From an uncultured Spirochaetota bacterium (GTDB taxonomy: Bacteria > Spirochaetota > Spirochaetia > SZUA-6 > Fen-1364): a stretch of DNA of 64,000 nucleotides. The notes under the pieces are model-generated. The model saw nothing but the letters and a program-made list of their open reading frames with translations, ran no database searches and was not told the origin of the DNA. The stretch is from NCBI GenBank assembly GCA_963745235.1, contig CAVUXE010000062.1:1-64000 (forward strand), in the 5' to 3' direction. Made by a program: the position numbers and the translations under genes. The first letter of the stretch is position 1. Each line of letters begins with the position of its first letter. Positions 40,204-47,837 of this stretch are shown here, piece by piece.

Positions 40204-41079
40204 ATGAAAATCATCGATCTGACCGTTCCCCTCGGCATCGGCACGCCTCCCTGGCCGACCTACATCCCGCTGCAAGTCCAGTATTTCAAGCGCCTCGCGC
40301 CAAACGGCGCCAACGGCCAGGTCGTCACGCATTCCAACCACGTGGGGACCCACCTCGACGGAGAGATCCATTTCTACACACCCGGCAAGGACATCGCGAG
40401 CCTCACCATGGATTTCCTCGTCCACGACGGCGCCGTTGTGGATCTCTCCGATGTCTGCGGGGACTACGATGTCTATACCTCCAAGATGGTGGAGGAGCGC
40501 GTCGAGGTGAAGGAAGGTGACATTCTCATCATCCACACCGGCTTCCATCACTATGGGTGGGACCAGCCGACCGCGGACGAGGTGCGCTACATGATCAAGC
40601 ACCCGGGGCCGGACCGCGAGTTCGCGGAGTGGGCGAAGAAAAAGAAGCTGCGCTGGATCGGCGTGGACTGCGGCTCCGCCGACCACCCCATGAACACGAA
40701 GATCAAGGAGTGGATGCCGGTGCAGGCCAAGGAGTGCGACGAGCATTTCAAGGCGAAGTACAAGAAGTCCCTGGATGACTTCTTCACCCCGGATAAGTAC
40801 CAGCTCATGCACATCGAGATGTTCAACAAAGGGCTCATCCACGCGGAATGCGTCGGGGGGGACCTTGACCTGCTGCTCAACCAGCGAGCAACCATCGGCT
40901 GCTTCCCCTGGCGCTTCGTCGACGGGGAGTCCAGCATCTCCCGCATTGTCGCCCTGGTCGAGGACAAGCGCTACGACGAGCTCATGGCGAAAAAGAAGAA
41001 GGCAGAGCTCACCCGGTTCGGGGATGTCGCGGGAGCGAAAAACCCCTGGCTTCATGAAGAGGCAAAAAAGACACGGTGA
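40204..41079 (+). CDS. cyclase-family (KynB-like) metal-dependent amidohydrolase
   Basis: HVGTHLDGEIH (HxGTHxDxxxH), GDILIIHTG, GVDCGSAD, IHAE. Confidence 0.92.
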   Translation: MKIIDLTVPLGIGTPPWPTYIPLQVQYFKRLAPNGANGQVVTHSNHVGTHLDGEIHFYTPGKDIASLTMDFLVHDGAVVDLSDVCGDYDVYTSKMVEERVEVKEGDILIIHTGFHHYGWDQPTADEVRYMIKHPGPDREFAEWAKKKKLRWIGVDCGSADHPMNTKIKEWMPVQAKECDEHFKAKYKKSLDDFFTPDKYQLMHIEMFNKGLIHAECVGGDLDLLLNQRATIGCFPWRFVDGESSISRIVALVEDKRYDELMAKKKKAELTRFGDVAGAKNPWLHEEAKKTR

Positions 41080-41127
41080 GCCGAGACCTCTGATCTCACA
41101 CCACCACACATCAGGAAGGAGTATTTC

Positions 41128-41821
41128 ATGGCTATTGACGAACTCGAAAAAAAGCTTCGGCCGCCCGAGGTCCAGCTCGCGCCATATCCGTCCAAGGTCA
41201 TCACCCTTGCCTCCGGCGAGCTCATGGTCGTCCGCGAGTGCAGGCGTGAGGAGGCCGGCGTTCTCCTGGGAACGGTCTATCCCCTCCTGGGAGTGGCGAA
41301 GGACTTCTACGACATTGTCGCCGCGCGCATGTACAACGAGATCCTCGCGTGGTTCCGCTACCGCATTTCGAACGAGTTCGTCCTGGTAGGCGCGATCAAG
41401 GGCGAGATCGCGGGAATCGTCACGAGCCGCCACGTGGACCCGAAGCTCGGCATGAGCCTCCACACCCTTGCGATCAAGCGCGGCCTTCGCGTCGGCGCCC
41501 AGCTTTTTGCCTCCAAGATGGAGCACCACATCGAGTATCTCAAGGAAGACGAGGTCTGGATCGTCGCCGAGAGCCCCATCGGCTTCAAGCGCTGGATGAT
41601 CGAGTACGAGCTGGAGGACCGCTCCGCGCAGTACCCCGCCGTCCGCCACGAGCTCGGCGGAGTGCCCACCTACGCCCTCACCCGCAAGCTCTGGGACGCG
41701 GTCAAGAGCGTGAAGTGCACGGGCACGCGGCCCGTGCCCACCGGAGGTCCTCAAGACCGCCAGCAAGCTCACCATGCCGAACGAGTATGTACAGCTGCCA
41801 GGCTGGAAGAGGAATGCCTGA
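41128..41821 (+). CDS. GNAT-fold protein; a +1 indel near 41740 makes it appear fused to the next gene
   Basis: HTLAIKRGLRVGAQLF resembles GNAT motif A. The shifted frame reads PEVLKTASKLTMPNEYVQLPGWKRNA* and ends in a TGATG overlap. Confidence 0.65.
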
Positions 41822-43020
41822 TGGCGCCACGGGTCGGGATCGTCGGCGCCGGCCACTGCAGATTCGGCAACTCGAGCGATTATGACGTGGTGGACGTCAT
41901 CGCCTATTCGGTAAACGCGGCCTTCAGGGACGCGGGCGGTCTCAATCTGCGGAAGGAGGTCGACCAGGTTTTCGTTGCCAACATGGCAGCGGGCCTTTTC
42001 AACAGGGAGACCGCCCTGGCATCCGCGGTGATCAGCAGGATGGACATGGAGCCCTGCCCGGCGGAGCTCGTTGAAAACGGCCCGGCATCCGGCGCCAGCG
42101 CGGTCAAGCTCGGGTACATGGCCATTGCCTCGGGGATGGCGGACGTGGTGCTGGTTGCCGGCGGTGAGGTCATGCGCTCCGTCACCGGCTGGGAATCAAC
42201 CGACATTGTGGCAACAATGGCCCACAAGGAAGCGGAGTACAACATGGGCCTCACGCTTCCGGGCTTCGCGGGGATGTTCACGCGTCTGTACATGGAGAGG
42301 TACGGCTTGACGGAGAGGGACCTCGCCCTTGTGGCCGTGAAGGACCACGACAACGCGGCGAAGAACACCTACGCGCACGTGCAGATCCCCGTGACAATCG
42401 ACGCGATAGCAGATGGACCCAACGCGGACGTGGTCAACAATTACGTCGCGGAGCCCCTGCGCATGTATTCGACCTGTCCGGTCACGGATGGGTCCGCGGC
42501 GCTCATCCTCGTGAACATGGACTCGCCGAAGGCGAAGCTTTTCAAGAAGAAGCCGATCAGGATCGCCGGCATAGCCTCCGCGACGGATACCCACTGCGTC
42601 CACAACCGCAAGGACCCGCTGGTGCTCGACGCGGTGCGGCTCTCCGCGGAGAAGGCGTACACGATGGCGGGGATCGGCCCCAAGGACATTTCATTCGCGG
42701 AGCTCCATGATGCCTTCGTGATCTTCGAGCTCATCGTCAGCGAGGAAGTGGGTTTCTTCGAGCGCGGCACGTCCTTCCTCGCGGTGCGCAGGCATGAGAC
42801 GGACCTGAACGGACGGCTGCCCATCAACACCTCCGGCGGGCTCAAGGCGAAGGGTCATCCGGTGGGCGCCACGGGGGTCTCCCAGATCTTCGAGCTGGTG
42901 CGGCAGCTTCGAGGAGAGGCGGAGGAGGGTCGCCAGGTGAAGGACCCCAGGTATGGCATGGCGGTCAACTTCGGCGGATTCGGCAACAACGTCGTGACCA
43001 CGATCCTGGCCAGGGACTAG
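41821..43020 (+). CDS. SCP2/archaeal-type thiolase-fold protein lacking the nucleophilic Cys
   Basis: ENGPASG in place of ExxCASG, PVTDGSAA, ELHDAF, NTSGGLKAKGHPVGATG, NFGG. Confidence 0.9.
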   Translation: MAPRVGIVGAGHCRFGNSSDYDVVDVIAYSVNAAFRDAGGLNLRKEVDQVFVANMAAGLFNRETALASAVISRMDMEPCPAELVENGPASGASAVKLGYMAIASGMADVVLVAGGEVMRSVTGWESTDIVATMAHKEAEYNMGLTLPGFAGMFTRLYMERYGLTERDLALVAVKDHDNAAKNTYAHVQIPVTIDAIADGPNADVVNNYVAEPLRMYSTCPVTDGSAALILVNMDSPKAKLFKKKPIRIAGIASATDTHCVHNRKDPLVLDAVRLSAEKAYTMAGIGPKDISFAELHDAFVIFELIVSEEVGFFERGTSFLAVRRHETDLNGRLPINTSGGLKAKGHPVGATGVSQIFELVRQLRGEAEEGRQVKDPRYGMAVNFGGFGNNVVTTILARD

Positions 43021-43031
43021 AGAGGGCAAGC

Positions 43032-43415
43032 ATGGTTGATTTCAGCGTCTATGGCGAGCAGACTCCCCATATCAGCGCGTTCCGTTGCGAGAAATGCGGG
43101 ACGCTGTACTACCCGGCTCCCATGGTCTGTCGGAAGTGCGACTCGATCCGGGATCCGACGACCAACAAGGGCTGGGAAGAGTTCGATCTGGAGGGGCCGT
43201 GCACACTGCTCACCTGGACACGCGTGTGGAACCTGCCCGAAGGGTTCAACAGGAAGTTCCTCATGTTCGGGATGGTGGAGTTCGAAAACGGCCTGCGCGC
43301 CTCCGGACGCGTCGAGATGGAGGGTGATCCGCAGATAGGGATGAAGCTCACCGCCACGACAATCGAGGCTGATGAGCGTCCCGGCAAGCCCGTGAAGGTC
43401 TTCGTTTTTTCCTGA
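43032..43415 (+). CDS. DUF35 Zn-ribbon/OB-fold protein (thiolase partner)
   Basis: CEKCG.LYYPAP.VCRKC followed by an OB-fold; adjacent to the thiolase-like gene. Confidence 0.9.
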   Translation: MVDFSVYGEQTPHISAFRCEKCGTLYYPAPMVCRKCDSIRDPTTNKGWEEFDLEGPCTLLTWTRVWNLPEGFNRKFLMFGMVEFENGLRASGRVEMEGDPQIGMKLTATTIEADERPGKPVKVFVFS

Positions 43416-43569
43416 CGTCGGTCATCGTGGATGCCCGCCGTCGACTGGTGGTCGAAAACTTAGCGGCCGAAGGAGGACACAAGGCTCGAATTCCGTCCCA
43501 TTCATGGGGACGGCGAAACGCGCCGGCACGGCCAGGGCCGTAGACCGACGCACACACACGGAGGCATCC

Positions 43570-44814
43570 ATGGCTCATTTCGCGAAGATCTACGACATCG
43601 AACAGACGCCGCCCATCGGGAGGGCAATCCCCCTCTCTTTCCAGCACGTTTTTGCGATGTTCGGCGCGACCATCCTCGTGCCCCTGCTCACGGGGCTCGA
43701 TCCCTCGGTCACCCTGTTCTGTTCCGGGCTGGGCACCATCATTTTCCACCTGGTCAACAAGGGGAAGGTCCCGGCCTATCTTGGCTCTTCCTTTGCGTTC
43801 ATCGCGCCCATCATCGCTGTCTCCAAGGTCTATGGAGCGCAGGGGGCCTTCACCGGCATGATCGCCGCGGGCCTCGTGTACGTCGTCGTCTTCGTCATCA
43901 TTGCGATTGTCGGACTCAAGTGGATTGCCCGCGTCCTTCCGCCGGTGGTCGTCGGGCCAATCGTGATGATCATCGGTCTCAGCCTTACCCCGGTTGCCAT
44001 TCAGGAAGCGGAAACGGGGCTGATCACCGCCATGATCACCGCTCTCATCGTCATCTTCGCCGCCATCTTCGGGAAGGGGTTCTTCAAGATCATCCCGATC
44101 CTGCTCGGCACGGTGGGCGGCTACATTGTGGCCGTCCTCTTCGGACAGGTGAAGTTCGACGCGATCAACAGCGCGGCGTGGATAGCCCTGCCGCACCTCA
44201 CCATCGTCACCGGCCACCTGCCCATCCTTGCATGGGGGGCTGTAGCGCTCATCGCGCCGGTCGCAATCGCGACGATGGTCGAAGACGTCGGCCACCTCCT
44301 CGTGATCGGGGACACGGTGGAGCGCGACCTGATGCACAACCCGGGCTTGCACAAGGTCCTTCTGGGCAACGGTATTGCGACCGCGGTCGCCGGCTTCCTG
44401 GGCGGAGTCCCTGAGACGACCTACGGTGAGAACATCGGCGTCCTTGCCATCACGCGCGTTTTCTCCTCCCGCGTCATCCAGGGGGCAGCGGTCATCGCGA
44501 TCCTCCTCAGCTTCATCCAGAAGTTCGGCGCGGCCATCCAGACCATCCCGCAGCCGGTTCTGGGCGGTGTAACGATCATCCTCTACGGCATGATCGCATC
44601 CGTGGGCCTGCGGACGCTGATCGAGAACAAGGTGAACATGGCCAGTAACCGCAACCTTCTCATCGTGTCAGTCATCTTCTCCTTCGGTGTCGGCGGCATC
44701 GTCTTCAAGTTCGGCCCCGACTTTGCATTCGCAGGGATTGCATCCGCTGCGATTGCCGGCATCATTCTCAACCTGATTCTGCCCCCGGATAAGGAGAGCG
44801 AGGCAAAGGCCTAG
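43570..44814 (+). CDS. NCS2 nucleobase permease (UraA/PyrP-like)
   Basis: QHVFAMFGATILVP, YLGSSFAFI, TTYGENIGVLAITRV, IPQPVLGG. Confidence 0.94.
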   Translation: MAHFAKIYDIEQTPPIGRAIPLSFQHVFAMFGATILVPLLTGLDPSVTLFCSGLGTIIFHLVNKGKVPAYLGSSFAFIAPIIAVSKVYGAQGAFTGMIAAGLVYVVVFVIIAIVGLKWIARVLPPVVVGPIVMIIGLSLTPVAIQEAETGLITAMITALIVIFAAIFGKGFFKIIPILLGTVGGYIVAVLFGQVKFDAINSAAWIALPHLTIVTGHLPILAWGAVALIAPVAIATMVEDVGHLLVIGDTVERDLMHNPGLHKVLLGNGIATAVAGFLGGVPETTYGENIGVLAITRVFSSRVIQGAAVIAILLSFIQKFGAAIQTIPQPVLGGVTIILYGMIASVGLRTLIENKVNMASNRNLLIVSVIFSFGVGGIVFKFGPDFAFAGIASAAIAGIILNLILPPDKESEAKA

Positions 44815-44907
44815 AACGCCTTCTCAGCCGCGCTCGCGCGGCGCAAGGCGCGCGGGACCCGCCGTCCCCTGGCGACGGGTCCTGCATTCCAGGCCCTGAG
44901 CTCGAAT

Positions 44908-45579
44908 ATGGCCAAAGCAAGCCTGAGTCAACCCATCTACACGCAGCTCTCAGAGCGGATCCTCCGCTGGGACTACCTTCCCGGGCATCGCTTCACCGAA
45001 GAGGGACTGTGCAGGGAGTTCGGGGTCAGCCGAAGTCCCATCCGCGAGGCCCTCAACACGCTTGCGGAGAACGGGCTGATCGAGAAAAGGCACGGCCATG
45101 GCTACAGCGTGAAGGTCCTCAATATCGTTGAGATAAACGAGCTCTACGACGTCCGTATCGCGCTGGAGACCTATGTCGTGGAGACGATCTGCAGGGTCGG
45201 CATGGATGACAGGCACCTCAAGGAGCTCACCTCGTTCTGGTCAAGCATCCATTCACGTTTGCCGGAGATGGCGAAGGCCGTGGCGGCGGCGGACGAGGAT
45301 TTCCACGAGACCCTCGCCAAGCTCACCGGGAACACGACCCTCGCCAGCACGCTGAAGAGCGTCGACCGGCGGATCCATTTTGTCCGTCTGGCGGATATCA
45401 CCACGGAGGAGCGCGTGCGCGCGACGTGTCTCGAGCACCTGGAGCTTCTTGCCGCCATCCGTGACAGGAATGCGGCGCGAGCCCGCGAGGTCCTCCGACA
45501 GAACATCGAGGGGGGCCGGTCTTCCGTCGAACGAGCGATCAAGGACGCTTTGGCGCATGCCTACCATGCCCGCGAATGA
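44908..45579 (+). CDS. GntR (FadR/FCD) family regulator
   Basis: PG.R..E..L..EFGVSRSPIREAL..L; FCD motifs DEDFH, GN and EH. Confidence 0.94.
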   Translation: MAKASLSQPIYTQLSERILRWDYLPGHRFTEEGLCREFGVSRSPIREALNTLAENGLIEKRHGHGYSVKVLNIVEINELYDVRIALETYVVETICRVGMDDRHLKELTSFWSSIHSRLPEMAKAVAAADEDFHETLAKLTGNTTLASTLKSVDRRIHFVRLADITTEERVRATCLEHLELLAAIRDRNAARAREVLRQNIEGGRSSVERAIKDALAHAYHARE

Positions 45580-46516
45580 GATCATGGTCCGGGCACTCTC
45601 TGTCGGGGCCGCCGCCTCGGCGGCGCTTTCTAGCGCGGGAGCCGGGCTCCGCGTCCACAGCGTATTCCGCTCCACCATGAATCTTGAAGTTGAAGGGACG
45701 GACATCCTGGTCGCATTGGCCGGGCCGCAGGGCGTTCGTTATCCCCACACGGTGGTTCTTGGCAACGACGAGGACTTCCTGACGTGGCCGCACCCGGTCG
45801 GCAGCGGCGGCTCCCGGGAGGGTACCTGCATTCGCCTCTGCCACCAGGACAACAGGCGAACCGTGGACCTCGGTCGGGCGCGAAGGCGGCGCCGGCGGAT
45901 TCTTCCTTCGGTCCGTATTCCTGGACCTGTGTACAACGCCTGCGCGCTCAGGCTTTCCGAGCTCCAGGCGGATCTTGGCTGCGACCTTCGTCTGCGCGGG
46001 CCGGGAGCCCTGACCGGGGCATCAACGGTCATGGGAAAGTCTCTTTGTCGTTCCGCCCTTGCACTCGGCGCGGCCGCTTCGGCAGACAGAGCATCGGCCG
46101 CGGCCGTTCGTCTGGCAACCGTCTCCCTGGTTGGAGCAGGAGGCGGTCTCACCCCCTCGGGGGATGATTTCCTGTGCGGCTTCATAGCTGCCGCGCGCTG
46201 CTCGGGAGAGCAGCAGACGCACGAGGGGTCCGCTCTCGTCCTGACGTTGGCTGAGGCCATCCAGGAGGTCATCCGGTCGACAGGCGAAATAAGCGCGTCG
46301 CTCCTTCGATGCGCGCTGGGGGGGCACTGGCCCGCGCCACTGGCGGACCTGGCGGAAGCCCTTTCCGCGGAGCGTGAGCCCGAAGCGCTCCGCGCTCTTG
46401 GGGATCTGTGCGGACTCGGACACAGTTCGGGTGCCGACATCGCGACCGGCTTCCTGTACGGCCTCCACGTCCTGGATGGCGCGGGGCAGGGAAGGTCGCG
46501 GCAGTCCGTTGGATAG
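45566..46516 (+). CDS. DUF2877 protein (YahE/YlbF-AllH family)
   Basis: VHSVF..T.NL, LVGAGGGLTPSGDDFLCG, GHSSGADIATG. Confidence 0.92.
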   Translation: MPANEIMVRALSVGAAASAALSSAGAGLRVHSVFRSTMNLEVEGTDILVALAGPQGVRYPHTVVLGNDEDFLTWPHPVGSGGSREGTCIRLCHQDNRRTVDLGRARRRRRRILPSVRIPGPVYNACALRLSELQADLGCDLRLRGPGALTGASTVMGKSLCRSALALGAAASADRASAAAVRLATVSLVGAGGGLTPSGDDFLCGFIAAARCSGEQQTHEGSALVLTLAEAIQEVIRSTGEISASLLRCALGGHWPAPLADLAEALSAEREPEALRALGDLCGLGHSSGADIATGFLYGLHVLDGAGQGRSRQSVG

Positions 46517-46530
46517 GAAGAGGAGGCACT

Positions 46531-47346
46531 ATGTTGCAGAGGTTTCAGTACGCGGCGCCGGCAACCCGGGCAGAGCTTTTCAGCCTGCTGGGCGAAAAGA
46601 AGGGCAGGGCGCGGCTTCTTGCGGGAGGGACCGACCTTCTGGTCAACATCCGCAACGGGGTGATGAAGCCTGAGCTGGTGATCGACATCAAGAAGGTCAA
46701 GGGTTATTCCGGGATATCCTGGAGCTCCTCCGAGGGCCTCGTCATCCGTCCCGCCGTTACGATCAACGAGGTCCTGCAGGACAAGGAGGTACGGGACCGG
46801 TACCCGCTCCTCGCAGAGTGCGCGCACGACCTCGCATCGTACCAGATCCGCAACAGGGCAACCGTCATCGGCAACGTCGTCAACGCATCACCCTGTTCGG
46901 ACATGGCTCCCGCGCTTCTCTGCCTGAACGGAAAAGCCGTGATCGCTTCCGCCCGCGGGGAGCGTGAAGTTCCTTTCGCTGAGTTTTTCAAAGGGGTCAA
47001 GAAGACCGTCGTCCAGGACGACGAGGTCCTTGACCGCATCGTGGTCCCCGCCTCCTCGGTCGGAGCGCGCGGCTCCTATCGAAAGCTGAAGAGAATCAAC
47101 GGGCACGACCTCGGAATCGTCGGGGTGGCGCTCATGAGACAGGACGGTACCCTCCGCCTCGGCATCAGCTCCTCCGCGCCCACGCCGGTTCTCGTGGACG
47201 GCCTCAAGGAGCGTGATGATGCGGAGAAGGTCGTGGCGGCCGCCCGCAAAGCCATCAGCGCCATCAGCGACGTGCGCTGCTCAAAAGAATACCGGGAATA
47301 CATGGTCGAGGTGTACGTCAGGCGGCTTCTCGCGGAGGTGCGGTAA
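46531..47346 (+). CDS. molybdenum hydroxylase (XDH family), FAD-binding subunit
   Basis: LLAGGTDL, SYQIRNRATVIGNVVNASPCSD, ISDVRCSKEYR. Confidence 0.94.
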   Translation: MLQRFQYAAPATRAELFSLLGEKKGRARLLAGGTDLLVNIRNGVMKPELVIDIKKVKGYSGISWSSSEGLVIRPAVTINEVLQDKEVRDRYPLLAECAHDLASYQIRNRATVIGNVVNASPCSDMAPALLCLNGKAVIASARGEREVPFAEFFKGVKKTVVQDDEVLDRIVVPASSVGARGSYRKLKRINGHDLGIVGVALMRQDGTLRLGISSSAPTPVLVDGLKERDDAEKVVAAARKAISAISDVRCSKEYREYMVEVYVRRLLAEVR

Positions 47347-47837
47347 TGAAGATACGAGTTACAGTCAACGGCCGGGTCTATGAACGCGACGTGGAGGAGC
47401 ACACAACCCTCATCCGATTCCTCCGCGAGGACCTGGGATTGACGGGCACCAAGGAAGGCTGCGGCGCCGGCGAATGCGGCGCGTGCACGGTGTTCCTGGA
47501 TGGCAAGACCGTCAATTCCTGCATGGTGCTGGCCGTGGAGACCAACGGATCCACCGTGGAAACGATCGAGGGCGAGGCGAAGGAGGGCAAGCTCTCCGTG
47601 ATCCAGGAGGCTTTCGACCGGCACCACGCGGTCCAGTGCGGCTACTGCACCGCGGGAATGGTCATGTCCGTGCGTGAGCTGCTGCGGCGAACGCCGAAGC
47701 CCACGGTGGACCAGGTCAAGGAAGGCATCGAAGGCAATTTCTGCCGCTGCACCGGCTATCAGCAGATCATCGAAGCCGTTCTCGACGCTTCGGGACAGCC
47801 GGAACTCGCCAATAAGGGGGAGCTGAAACATGCTTAA
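47346..47837 (+). CDS. molybdenum hydroxylase, 2Fe-2S subunit
   Basis: GTKEGCGAGECGACTV, NSC, QCGYC, GNFCRCTGY. Confidence 0.96.
   Translation: MKIRVTVNGRVYERDVEEHTTLIRFLREDLGLTGTKEGCGAGECGACTVFLDGKTVNSCMVLAVETNGSTVETIEGEAKEGKLSVIQEAFDRHHAVQCGYCTAGMVMSVRELLRRTPKPTVDQVKEGIEGNFCRCTGYQQIIEAVLDASGQPELANKGELKHA

Noticed and set aside
41128-43020. 630-aa GNAT-thiolase fusion protein in the ORF track
   Set aside because: Removing one C near 41740 gives a natural GNAT C-terminus ending in a TGATG overlap with the thiolase ATG, preceded by an SD-like GAGGA. The apparent linker looks like off-frame translation.
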